Shown here: positions 1 through 8,448 of the stretch, in pieces
Layout: the number at the start of each line of letters is the position of its first letter
How positions within the stretch are numbered: position 1 is the stretch's first letter
Origin: an uncultured Gemmatimonadales bacterium
GTDB taxonomy: Bacteria; Gemmatimonadota; Gemmatimonadetes; Gemmatimonadales; GWC2-71-9
Length of the DNA: 64,000 nucleotides
Reading direction: 5' to 3'
Assembly: GCA_963812085.1 (NCBI GenBank)
Contig: CAWETL010000005.1
Location: 128,779-192,778, forward strand
Made by a program: the position numbers and the translations under genes
Notes under the pieces: model-generated
Databases searched by the model: none
What the model saw: the letters and a program-made list of their open reading frames with translations, nothing else
Told to the model about the DNA's origin: nothing

Positions 1-632
1 GCGTAGTACGACGGGACCACGATGACGATGCTGGCGGCCTGGCCTGCCGCGGCGACGACCGAGAAGATCGCGACGGTCTCGAGGTCGCTGCCCGTGGCCA
101 TGACTCCCTCGGACGGGCAGCTGCTGATCAGGTTGGCGCCGAGTTCGAAGATGAAGTCCGGCAGGGGCGGGACGTCGGCCGGCACGGTCCACTTCGCGAG
201 GGCGTCGAAGCCGCTGTCCTCGACCGTGTCGAGCGCGCGCTCCACCTCCAGCATGTGCCGGAGCACCACGCCGCTGTCGCCGCGGAGCCGGACTGCCTGA
301 TCGAGCGCGGCCGCGCCGAAATCGACGTAGAGCGGGCCGGGAGAGTCGGCCGGGTGGCCGGAAAGGTGCCACTCGCGAATGTCGAGGAGGTAAAAGCGGC
401 CCAGCTGGATCCAGGCGGCGCCGTCGTCAGGGGCGCCCGCCAGGTAGGTGCTGAGCATCTCGGTGCCGATGCCTCGCTGGCCGTTCCGGGCGAGTTCCGC
501 GGCGCGGGGCGCCACGGTGGGGTTGATCGTCGCCTGCGCCACGAGCGGCTGCACCCCCGCTGCGGCGATGAGGCCGAACGGAAGCAGACGGGTCCGCCAG
601 TTTGCGCGCGCCGGTTGTGCCATGCGTGTCAT
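1..632 (-). CDS. hypothetical exported protein, N-terminal part only (gene runs off the left window edge)
   Basis: Not in the ORF track because there is no stop in the window. The minus-strand frame is open from nt 1 to ATG 630-632 (alternative ATG 621-623). My translation starts MTRMAQPARANWRTRLLPFGLIAAAGVQPLVAQATINP..., which looks like a signal peptide, and third codon positions are GC-rich. No family recognised. Confidence 0.45.
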   Translation of the reverse strand, partial: MTRMAQPARANWRTRLLPFGLIAAAGVQPLVAQATINPTVAPRAAELARNGQRGIGTEMLSTYLAGAPDDGAAWIQLGRFYLLDIREWHLSGHPADSPGPLYVDFGAAALDQAVRLRGDSGVVLRHMLEVERALDTVEDSGFDALAKWTVPADVPPLPDFIFELGANLISSCPSEGVMATGSDLETVAIFSVVAAAGQAASIVIVVPSYY

Positions 633-731
633 GACTCGTTTTGAAAGCTCGGGGGCAAGGCTCTAAGATGGGGCCCCGCACCGACTTTGGCTAGAGGGAA
701 CCGGTAAACCTGGCGGGGATGCGGGGGGTCT

Positions 732-764
732 CCTCCCACTTCCCCGCTTTCCCGCTTCCCCGCC
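732..764 (-). repeat. G-rich motif copy (near-copy of the GCGGGGAAGCGGGGA 15-mer; four G-tracts on the minus strand)
   Basis: The plus strand reads cctcccacttccccgctttcccgcttccccgcc. The reverse complement contains GCGGGGAAGCGGGA and AGCGGGGAAG. Lies directly downstream of the pccB-like stop. Confidence 0.5.
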
Positions 765-2317
765 TACAACGGCATGCAGCCGTGCTTCTTCGCCGGATTC
801 CGGTCCCGCTTGGTCCGGAGGGCCCGGAGGCCGTCGATCAGCCGGGGCCGGGTGTCCCGGGGGTCGATGACGTCGTCCACATAGCCCCGAGCGGCGGCCC
901 CCCAGGGGTTGGCGAACTTCTCCGTGTACTCCTCGATGCGCCGCGCCGTCTCGGCCGCGGGATCGGCCGCCTTGGCGATCTGGTCCTTGAAGAGGATCTC
1001 CACCGCCCCCTTGGGCCCCATCACCGCAATTTCGGCGGTCGGCCAGGCCAGGTTGAGATCGCCCCGGATGTGCTTGGAGCTCATCACGTCGTACGCCCCG
1101 CCGTACGCCTTGCGGGTAATGACCGTGAGCTTCGGCACCGTGGCCTCGCAGTAGGCGTACAGGAGCTTGGCCCCGTGCTTGATGATGCCGCCGTGCTCCT
1201 GCGCCAGCCCGGGCAGGAACCCGGGCACGTCCTCGAAGGTGACGAGCGGGACGTTGAAGGCGTCACAGAAGCGGATGAAGCGGGCGCCCTTGACCGAGGC
1301 GTTGATGTCGAGGACGCCGGCGAGCACGGCCGGCTGGTTGGCCACGATCCCGACCGGCTGCCCGCCGAGCCGCGCAAACCCGACCAGCAGGTTCCCGGCG
1401 TACTCCCCCTGCACCTCGTGGAAGTGCCCGTCGTCCACGATCCGGCGAATGACGTCGTGCATGTCGTAGGGCTGGCTGGCCTGGGCCGGGATCACGTCCA
1501 GCAGCGCCTCTTCCCGGCGGTCCTCGGGATCGGCGGTCGGCAGCACGGGCGCGGGATCGAGGTTGTTGGACGGCAGGAACCCCATCAGCTCCCGGATGGC
1601 GGCCAGGCACTGGGGCTCGGAGTCGTGGACGAAGTGCGCGACGCCGGAGGTGTTGGCGTGCACGTCCGCGCCGCCGAGCTGGTCGAACGATACGTCCTCG
1701 TGGGTGACGGTCTTCACCACGTTGGGTCCGGTGACGAACATGTAGCTCACGCCGCGGACCATGTGGACGAAGTCGGTGATGGCGGGGCTGTACACCGCCC
1801 CGCCGGCGCAGGGGCCGAGGATGGCGGAGATCTGCGGGACGACACCCGAGGCGAGGGTGTTCCGGAGGAAGATGTCGGCGTAACCGCCCAGCGACACGAC
1901 CCCTTCCTGGATGCGCGCCCCGCCGGAATCATTGAGGCCGATGATCGGCGCGCCGTTCCGCACCGCGAGGTCCATCACCTTGCAGATCTTGGCGGCATGG
2001 GTCTCGGAGAGCGATCCGCCGAACACGGTGAAGTCCTGGCTGAACACGTACACCAGCCGGCCGTCGATCCGCCCCGAGCCCGTGACCACGCCGTCGCCGA
2101 GGTAGATCTCGTCGGCGAGGCCGAAGTCGGTCGCGCGGTGGGTCACGAACCGGTCGAGTTCGACGAAGCTCCCCTCGTCGAGCAGGAGGTCGAGCCGTTC
2201 GCGGGCGGTGAGCTTGCCCTTCTTGTGCTGCTGCGCGACGCGCTTGGCCCCGCCGCCCTCCTCGGCCTGGGCCTGGCGGCGCTGCAGCTCCTCGAGGCGC
2301 TTGCGTGAGTCGGTCAT
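764..2317 (-). CDS. pccB: acyl-CoA carboxylase carboxyltransferase beta subunit (propionyl-CoA carboxylase beta chain type)
   Basis: ORF 764..2470 translation is typical of the carboxyl transferase family ([39 protein letters not shown]). Start set at the internal ATG ([11 protein letters not shown], residue 52); the upstream extension is Arg/Pro-rich junk. Confidence 0.9.
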   Translation of the reverse strand: MTDSRKRLEELQRRQAQAEEGGGAKRVAQQHKKGKLTARERLDLLLDEGSFVELDRFVTHRATDFGLADEIYLGDGVVTGSGRIDGRLVYVFSQDFTVFGGSLSETHAAKICKVMDLAVRNGAPIIGLNDSGGARIQEGVVSLGGYADIFLRNTLASGVVPQISAILGPCAGGAVYSPAITDFVHMVRGVSYMFVTGPNVVKTVTHEDVSFDQLGGADVHANTSGVAHFVHDSEPQCLAAIRELMGFLPSNNLDPAPVLPTADPEDRREEALLDVIPAQASQPYDMHDVIRRIVDDGHFHEVQGEYAGNLLVGFARLGGQPVGIVANQPAVLAGVLDINASVKGARFIRFCDAFNVPLVTFEDVPGFLPGLAQEHGGIIKHGAKLLYAYCEATVPKLTVITRKAYGGAYDVMSSKHIRGDLNLAWPTAEIAVMGPKGAVEILFKDQIAKAADPAAETARRIEEYTEKFANPWGAAARGYVDDVIDPRDTRPRLIDGLRALRTKRDRNPAKKHGCMPL

Positions 2318-2330
2318 CCGGGGAATGTAC

Positions 2331-2362
2331 GGGCAGGCGGGGAAGCGGGGAAGGAGAGAGGG
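2331..2362 (+). repeat. G-rich motif copy containing the exact 15-mer GCGGGGAAGCGGGGA (2337-2351)
   Basis: gggcaggcggggaagcggggaaggagagaggg has four G-tracts. It lies 20 nt upstream (in gene orientation) of the pccB start, on the template strand. Confidence 0.55.
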
Positions 2363-2382
2363 ACCGAGCGTGCGACCGGCGG

Positions 2383-2451
2383 TCAGTCCCGGCAAAAGCC
2401 GGGATCCATTTTCCGGGAAGGCACTGGACCCCGGCTTTCGCCGGGGTGACG
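2383..2451. repeat. pair of inverted REP-like GC hairpin elements
   Basis: gtcagtCCCGGCaaaaGCCGGGatcca (2383-2409) and tggacCCCGGCtttcGCCGGGgtgacg (2425-2451) are reverse-complement copies, and each is a hairpin. In shadow ORFs they translate to the familiar PAKAGI / PAFAG peptide motifs. Confidence 0.7.
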
Positions 2452-2460
2452 TTACAAGAA

Positions 2461-2488
2461 ACGGGCCCACCGCTCCTGGTGGGCCCGT
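2461..2488 (-). terminator. rho-independent terminator downstream of rpsA
   Basis: Minus-strand RNA reads ACGGGCCCACC-AGGAGC-GGTGGGCCCGT followed by TTCTTGT, 30 nt after the rpsA stop. Confidence 0.7.
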
Positions 2489-2518
2489 CTCCGGTTTCCT
2501 GCTTCGCGGTGTCAGCGC

Positions 2519-4270
2519 CTACTCGTCGGCCGGGGACTCGTCGATGACGGGCTTGACCGGCGGAATGATCGGCTCGTCGGGGTAGCCGACCACCGCCACC
2601 ACGATGCGGTGATGGATCGGGTCGACTTCGATGACCTTGACGTCGAGCGGCTGGCCCTCCTTCACCGCGTCGGCCGGGTTGTCGATGTTGGCGACCCCCA
2701 GCTGCGACATCGGGGCGAAGGCCTCGAGGTCGTTGCCGAGATCCACCACGACGCCCTTGTCCATGAGGCGGACGGCGCGGCCGCGGAGCTCGTGGCCGAC
2801 CGGGAGCGTCTCCCCGATGCGAAGCCACGGATCCTCCTCGGCCTGCTTGAGCCCGAGGGAGATGCGCTTGTTCTCGCCGTCGATGTTGAGGATCACGACG
2901 TTGACGGCGTCGCCCTTCTTGACCACTTCCGACGGGTGCTGGACGCGCTTGGTCCAGGACATGTCGGAAATGTGGATCAGGCCGTCGATGCCCGGCTCGA
3001 TTTCGACGAAGGCGCCGAAGCTGGTCAGGTTGCGGACCTTGCCCTGGAGCCGGGTGCCCACCGGGAACTTCTGCGGCAGGAGCATCCACGGGTCCTGCTC
3101 GATCTGCTTCATGCCGAGGGAGATCTTCTCCTCGGACTCGTCGACCTTGAGCACCACCGCCTCGATCGTCTCGCCGATGCTGACGATCTTGGAGGGATGG
3201 CGCACGTTGCGGGTCCAGCTCATTTCCGAGATGTGCACCAGGCCCTCGATGCCGGGCTCGAGCTCCACGAAGGCGCCGTAGTTGGTGATCGAGACCACCT
3301 TGCCCTGCACCCGGGTGCCCACCGGGTACTTGGCGGCGACGTCCTTCCAGGGGTACTCCTGGAGCTGCTTCATGCCGAGGCTGATGCGCTCGCGCTGCCA
3401 GTCGATGTCGAGGATCTTGACCTCGACCTCGCGGCCGATGGCGACCATTTCGGTCGGGTGTGAGACCCGGCCGTACGACATGTCGGTGATATGGAGCAGG
3501 CCGTCCACGCCGCCGAGGTCGATGAACGCCCCGAAGTCGGTGATGTTCTTGACCACGCCCTTCCGGACCTGGCCGACCTGGAGCTCCTTCATCAGGTGCT
3601 CGCGCTTGTGCGCCCGCTCGTGCTCGAGGATCACGCGGCGGCTGACGACGATGTTCCGACGGCGCTTGTTGAGCTTGATGATCTTGAACTCGTAGGTCTG
3701 GCCGAGGAGCTCGTCGATGTTCGGCACCCGGCGGAGCGCGATCTGGCTCCCGGGGAGGAAGGCGTCGACGCCCATCAGGTTCACCACCACGCCGCCCTTG
3801 ATCTTCTTGACCAGGGTGCCCTCCACCGGCTCGTCGGCCTCGTGCGCGATCCGGATCTTTTCCCAGACCCGCATGAAGTCGGCCTTCTTCTTGGACAGGA
3901 CCACGGCCCCGTCCTGGTCCTCGAGGTGCTCGAGGAACACTTCGACTTCGTCGCCGACGGCCGGCGGCTCCTTGAACTCGTCGAGGGCCACGGAGCCCTC
4001 CGACTTGAAGCCGACGTCGAGGATGACGGCGTTCTCGGTGATGCGGAGGACTTTCGACTTGACGATCTCGCCCTCGGCGATCGACGCCATGGTGCCCTCG
4101 TACATCGAGAGCATCTGCTCGTACTCTTCCTCGCTGTAGTCCTCGTCGTAGAGATCGGCGCGGACCAGCAACCCGGTGGTGGTCATCAGGTCGTCGGCCT
4201 GGGAAGAGAAGCGGCGTGCGGGCTGGGCGGGAGTCTCGGAATCGGCTGGAATGACGGGTGTGTCGGCCAT
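2519..4270 (-). CDS. rpsA: 30S ribosomal protein S1
   Basis: 583 aa with six repeated S1 motifs (GxVxxxxxFGAFVxLxxGxxGLxHISE). Confidence 0.97.
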   Translation of the reverse strand: MADTPVIPADSETPAQPARRFSSQADDLMTTTGLLVRADLYDEDYSEEEYEQMLSMYEGTMASIAEGEIVKSKVLRITENAVILDVGFKSEGSVALDEFKEPPAVGDEVEVFLEHLEDQDGAVVLSKKKADFMRVWEKIRIAHEADEPVEGTLVKKIKGGVVVNLMGVDAFLPGSQIALRRVPNIDELLGQTYEFKIIKLNKRRRNIVVSRRVILEHERAHKREHLMKELQVGQVRKGVVKNITDFGAFIDLGGVDGLLHITDMSYGRVSHPTEMVAIGREVEVKILDIDWQRERISLGMKQLQEYPWKDVAAKYPVGTRVQGKVVSITNYGAFVELEPGIEGLVHISEMSWTRNVRHPSKIVSIGETIEAVVLKVDESEEKISLGMKQIEQDPWMLLPQKFPVGTRLQGKVRNLTSFGAFVEIEPGIDGLIHISDMSWTKRVQHPSEVVKKGDAVNVVILNIDGENKRISLGLKQAEEDPWLRIGETLPVGHELRGRAVRLMDKGVVVDLGNDLEAFAPMSQLGVANIDNPADAVKEGQPLDVKVIEVDPIHHRIVVAVVGYPDEPIIPPVKPVIDESPADE

Positions 4271-4393
4271 GCGGATGGGCTTCCTTCGCGGAGCGACCGC
4301 ACCGGACCGGCTGCGGGCTGGGGTTGACCCCGATCAGGGCGGAAGTGCCCGGATTCGGGAGCCCGAAATGATAATCGCCCGTCCGGCCGGGTG

Positions 4394-5080
4394 CTAGGGG
4401 GCGGGGAGCCGGTACACCGCCCGGGCGAGGGAGGCGATGCCCTCGACCTGCTCCTCGAATTGCATCCGCGAGGTGTCGATTTCGACCGCGTCGTCCGGCG
4501 ACACCAGGGGGGCGACCGGCCGGGAGGCGTCCGCCTTGTCCCGGGCCTGGAGCCGCTCGGCCTCGGCGAGGATCTCGGCGTCCGACGCCTGCTCCCCCCG
4601 CTGGGCCAGGCGGCGCATGGCGCGCACCAGCGGCTTGGCGTACAGGAAGATCTTGAGGCCGGCCTCCGGAAAGACCACCGAGCCGATGTCCCGGCCGTCC
4701 ACCACCACCGGCACCCCGGCTTCGGCCAGGGCGCGCATCCGGGCGTTGGCCCAGTCCCGGACGTCCGGGACCGCCGAGACCGCCGACACCGCCGCGGTGA
4801 CCTCGGGGGTGCGGATCAGGTGCTCGGCGGGCGCGCCATCGAGCAGCGGGACGAAGTCCTCGCCCTCGGGACGGAGGCCGAGGCCGCGCCGCTCGGCAAG
4901 GGTGAGAAGCCGGGCCACGTCGAGGTGGTCCGGGTCGAGGCCGGCGTCGAGCGCCACCCTCGTGAGCGCGCGGTACAGCGCGCCGGAATCGAGGTGGTGA
5001 AATCCGATGGCGCGGGCCACGGCGCGAGCGGTGCTCGACTTGCCGGATGCCGCGGGACCATCGATGGCGACGACACGCAT
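4394..5080 (-). CDS. cmk: cytidylate kinase
   Basis: N-terminus MRVVAIDGPAASGKSSTARAVARAIGFHHLDSGALYRA (P-loop plus Cmk signature). Conserved aroA-cmk-rpsA order. Confidence 0.95.
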   Translation of the reverse strand: MRVVAIDGPAASGKSSTARAVARAIGFHHLDSGALYRALTRVALDAGLDPDHLDVARLLTLAERRGLGLRPEGEDFVPLLDGAPAEHLIRTPEVTAAVSAVSAVPDVRDWANARMRALAEAGVPVVVDGRDIGSVVFPEAGLKIFLYAKPLVRAMRRLAQRGEQASDAEILAEAERLQARDKADASRPVAPLVSPDDAVEIDTSRMQFEEQVEGIASLARAVYRLPAP

Positions 5081-6357
5081 TACGACCTCCCCCTGCGCTT
5101 CGCGCCCAGCGCGCGGAGCGACTCGTAAAACCCCGGAAAGCTCACGGCGGCGCAGTCCGGATCGTCCACGCGCACCTTGGCGCCGGGCAGGGTGCCCAGC
5201 ACGGCGAAGGCCATCGCGAGGCGATGATCGCCGGCCGTGACCACGCGGCCCGCCGGCGGCGCCGCTCCTCCCTGCACCGACAGGGTGTTGCCCCGGGCCT
5301 CTGCCCGGGCCCCGACCGCGCGCAGGTTGCTGGCAAGCAGCGCGAGCCGATCGCTCTCCTTGACCCGAAGCTCGCCGACCTCCCGGAAGACGGTGGTACC
5401 CTCCGCGCGGCTGGCGAGTACCGAAAGCAGCGGGATTTCGTCGATGAGCCCGGGAATCTCCCCCGGCGCCACCTCGGTGGCGCGGAGCGCCGCCGGCCGG
5501 ACCACGAGGTCGCCCACCGGTTCGCCGGCCGCCTCGTGGGCGTTCTCGACCGCGACCTCGGCGCCCATCCGCGCGAGGACGCGCAGGAACCCGGTCCGGG
5601 TGGGATTGAGGCAGACGTCGCGCAACCGCAGCGCGCCGCCCTCCGCGAGGAGCGCCGCCCCCACCAGAAAGGCCGCCGACGACGGGTCTCCTGGAACATG
5701 AAAGTCGGCCCCGACGATCCGGCCGGTGGGCGCGAAGCGGATCCAGTCTCCGTCGTCGTCCACCGCATACCCGAACGCGCGCAGCATGCGCTCGGTGTGG
5801 TCGCGCGAGCGGCCGGCGGGCTCACGGACCTGCACCGGCACGCCGCCGGCGACGCCGGCGAGCATCAGCGCGCTCTTGAGCTGGGCGCTGGAGACGGGCA
5901 GTTCGTACCGGAGCGAACTCAGCGTTCCGCCGCGGACGGTGAGCGGCAGTCCGTCGCCGCCCTGGAAGGTGAACCGCGCGCCCATCAGCTCGAGCGGAAG
6001 GGTGACACGCCGCATCGGCCGGCGCCGGAGCGACCGATCGCCGGTCAGCGTGGCCGAGAAGGGATGCGCGGCGAGCAGTCCGAGGAGGAGCCGCGCGGTC
6101 GTCCCGGAATTTCCGCAGTGGAGCTCGGCGATCGGGCGCCGGAATCGTCCTCGGCCCGTGACCGCGATGCCGCGCCCCGCCACCAGCGGCGAGACGGCGG
6201 CGCCGAGCTGGCGGAGGACGCGCGCCGAACTGCGCGCGTCGAGCGAAGTGAGGGCCCCCTCGATCCGGCTGGTCCCGCGGGCGAACGCCGCAAACAGGAG
6301 CGCGCGATGCGTGATGCTCTTGTCGCCGGGGACGCGGAGATCGGCCGCGACGATCAC
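5080..6357 (-). CDS. aroA: 3-phosphoshikimate 1-carboxyvinyltransferase (EPSP synthase)
   Basis: 425 aa with PGDKSITHRALLFAA, LHCGNSGTTARLL and VKESDRL motifs. 1-nt overlap with the cmk start. Confidence 0.95.
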   Translation of the reverse strand: MIVAADLRVPGDKSITHRALLFAAFARGTSRIEGALTSLDARSSARVLRQLGAAVSPLVAGRGIAVTGRGRFRRPIAELHCGNSGTTARLLLGLLAAHPFSATLTGDRSLRRRPMRRVTLPLELMGARFTFQGGDGLPLTVRGGTLSSLRYELPVSSAQLKSALMLAGVAGGVPVQVREPAGRSRDHTERMLRAFGYAVDDDGDWIRFAPTGRIVGADFHVPGDPSSAAFLVGAALLAEGGALRLRDVCLNPTRTGFLRVLARMGAEVAVENAHEAAGEPVGDLVVRPAALRATEVAPGEIPGLIDEIPLLSVLASRAEGTTVFREVGELRVKESDRLALLASNLRAVGARAEARGNTLSVQGGAAPPAGRVVTAGDHRLAMAFAVLGTLPGAKVRVDDPDCAAVSFPGFYESLRALGAKRRGRS

Positions 6358-6582
6358 GCGGAATGCCCCGTGAGCGGCGCGATGCCGGGGGCCCGGTGCG
6401 GCCAGGCGACGACCCCACCGGGGCCGCCAAGTCCAACGAGCGCAAGCGTCTCAAGGCACATCGGGGTCGCCGATCGGGGAAGATGCGCGCAAGTGAAGGC
6501 AAGGCACGGGGTTTGCTAGCGTTGTCGCGCGAATCCTATCCCCAAGGCGGCGGATTCTCAACGGCGCGCCGAGGGAGGCGAT

Positions 6583-6960
6583 GTGGCGACGATCCTGATC
6601 GTGGAAGACAGCCCCGACAACATGAAGCTGTTCCGTACCCTGCTCACCCTGCACGGCCACGACGTCCTGGGGCTCGGCGGGGGAGACGGGCTGGTGCAGC
6701 ACATCATCGACAGCCGGCCCGACCTGGTGCTGATGGACATCCAGCTGCCCGAGCGGGACGGCTTCGCGCTGCTGCAGGACATCCGGCGCGAGGTGCCGGT
6801 GCCGGTCCGGGTCGTGGCCCTCACGGCGCACGCGATGACGGGCGACCGCGAACGGGCCATCGGCGCCGGCTTCGACGGCTACATCACCAAGCCGATCGAC
6901 ATCCGGGCCTTCCCCGTCCAGGTGGCCGACGCGCTCCGCGTGGGCGGCCGCCCGCGCTGA
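6583..6960 (+). CDS. stand-alone response regulator receiver protein (CheY-like)
   Basis: 125 aa: [13 protein letters not shown]...[14 protein letters not shown]...LTAHAM...[13 protein letters not shown] start preceded by GGGAGG. Confidence 0.9.
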   Translation: MATILIVEDSPDNMKLFRTLLTLHGHDVLGLGGGDGLVQHIIDSRPDLVLMDIQLPERDGFALLQDIRREVPVPVRVVALTAHAMTGDRERAIGAGFDGYITKPIDIRAFPVQVADALRVGGRPR

Positions 6961-7027
6961 TGGCATTGCGCCCGGGCCCCCACGGGCCGACATTCAGACC
7001 CATGCCGCCAACCGACAGAGATTCCCG

Positions 7028-7537
7028 TTGAGTCAACCTCCCAAGCGACCGGCCGCCCCCGGCAACACCAAGGAAGCGCTGTATGAAGCGCTCCAGGGCG
7101 CCGTCGAATCCGAACGGGGCAAGAAGCGGCCGGCAGGGCGACAGGAACGCCGGGGCGGGTCTCGCGTGATGTGGGGTTCCCTCATCGTGCTGGCCGCGGT
7201 CGGCGTCTGGCTCGGCGTGACCCGTCCGCCGTGGCTCATCCCGGAACCGCCGGCGCCGCACTCCAGCGAGTTCCAGGACGCCAGCCTCCGGATGCTGCTC
7301 TACATGGAGAGCCGGAGGATCGAGCAGTATCGCGGAGCGCACGGCCGGCTCCCGGCCACGCTGGCGGCGGTCGGCTCGGTTCCCGAGGGACTGACCTACA
7401 CGATCCTCTCGGAGGACACCTTCCGGCTGGACGGCGTGTCCGGCGGACTGCGGCTGAGTTTCGCCTCGACCGACAGCGTGGCGCCGTTCCTCAAGAATTC
7501 GTTCGAGCTGCTTTCGCGACGCCAGGTGAAGCCGTGA
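7028..7537 (+). CDS. hypothetical single-pass membrane protein
   Basis: 169 aa with a basic N-terminus and one hydrophobic helix ([17 protein letters not shown]). Its stop overlaps the GTG start of the downstream pilin-like gene (GTGA). Confidence 0.5.
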   Translation: MSQPPKRPAAPGNTKEALYEALQGAVESERGKKRPAGRQERRGGSRVMWGSLIVLAAVGVWLGVTRPPWLIPEPPAPHSSEFQDASLRMLLYMESRRIEQYRGAHGRLPATLAAVGSVPEGLTYTILSEDTFRLDGVSGGLRLSFASTDSVAPFLKNSFELLSRRQVKP

Positions 7538-8007
7538 GCCGGCGGTCGCTGTCCCGGCGCGGGTTCACGCTGATCGAGATGCTCGTGGTGTTCGTGGTCA
7601 TCGGGATCCTCGCCTCGATCTCGATCCTCAAGTACATCGACCTGCGCCGGACGGCGCAGACGGCGCGCATTTCCGGGGACTTCAACACCATCAAGATCGC
7701 GGTCTATACCTACTACTCCGACGCCAATGCCTGGCCCACCGAAGTCGGGCCGGGGGTCGTCCCACCGGAGCTGGTGCCGATCCTGAGCCCGGGCTTCACG
7801 TTCACCAAGGACGTCTACACCCTCGACTACGACTACTTCCCGGTCTCGGGGTCGGGCGTGGGCGGCTATATCGTCGGGATCACCGTCACCACACCCGACC
7901 CCATCCTGATGGCCAAGCTGGAGCAGATCCTCGGCCGGAACATGCCGTTTCTTTCGGCCGGGGGCGCGCTCACCTACATCATCGTGGGCGCCGACGGCGC
8001 GTCGTAG
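7534..8007 (+). CDS. type IV pilin-like / pseudopilin protein with prepilin N-terminal methylation motif
   Basis: In-frame GTG inside ORF 7171..8007 gives [10 protein letters not shown]|[24 protein letters not shown], the class III signal peptide G-FTLIEML motif. Confidence 0.75.
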   Translation: MSRRSLSRRGFTLIEMLVVFVVIGILASISILKYIDLRRTAQTARISGDFNTIKIAVYTYYSDANAWPTEVGPGVVPPELVPILSPGFTFTKDVYTLDYDYFPVSGSGVGGYIVGITVTTPDPILMAKLEQILGRNMPFLSAGGALTYIIVGADGAS

Positions 8008-8035
8008 CGAATCCTACCGACTCGCGCATGCGATC

Positions 8036-8063
8036 GGGGCCCGCCAGATGTTCGGCGGGCCCC
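8036..8063. terminator. hairpin between convergent genes (candidate bidirectional terminator)
   Basis: GGGGCCCGCC-agatgttc-GGCGGGCCCC between the pilin-like stop (8007) and the 8071 stop. The T-run is weak (gcgcgTTT). Confidence 0.45.
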
Positions 8064-8070
8064 GCGCGTT

Positions 8071-8448
8071 TCAGGGAGTGGAGGGGCCGGTCGAGTGAGG
8101 TCGGATCAGCAACACCGTCACCACGGCATGGATCGCGACCGCCGGCCAGAGCAGGGGGCCGCGCATCCGGTCCACCGCGCCGACATATCCGAGGTACATC
8201 GCGATCATCACGTTGTACACCGCCATGCCCCGGAGCGACCGCAGCAGCATCCCGATCTCCGCATCCCCAGGCCAGACGGCGGCGCTCAGCGCGAAGAGCG
8301 CGATCCCGAAGCATCGCACGACGACTGCCGCCACGCCCGTGAGTTCCTGGCCGAGCAGCAGCCGCCCGACCAAGCCGGGAGCCGCGAAGGCCGCGACTCC
8401 CGTCACGGCCTCCACGGCGCTGGAGAACGCCAGCACGCGTCGGGTCAC
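8071..8448 (-). CDS. hypothetical integral membrane protein (about 4 TM helices)
   Basis: 125 aa and very hydrophobic. ATGA overlap with the arylsulfatase stop suggests co-translation. Confidence 0.5.
   Translation of the reverse strand: MTRRVLAFSSAVEAVTGVAAFAAPGLVGRLLLGQELTGVAAVVVRCFGIALFALSAAVWPGDAEIGMLLRSLRGMAVYNVMIAMYLGYVGAVDRMRGPLLWPAVAIHAVVTVLLIRPHSTGPSTP

Noticed and set aside
719-2308. 529-aa plus-strand ORF opposite the carboxyltransferase gene.
   Set aside because: Shadow ORF. The translation is Arg/Gly/Pro/Asp-rich with no motifs, while the minus strand encodes a clearly recognisable PccB-type protein.
6358-6582. 225-nt divergent intergenic region between aroA and the response regulator, examined for an sRNA, riboswitch or small ORF.
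   Set aside because: Only a weak TTGCTA-18-TATCCC promoter-like match. No stable hairpin plus U-run and no conserved motif that I can recognise. The ORF 6363..7031 crossing it is a shadow frame of the regulator gene.
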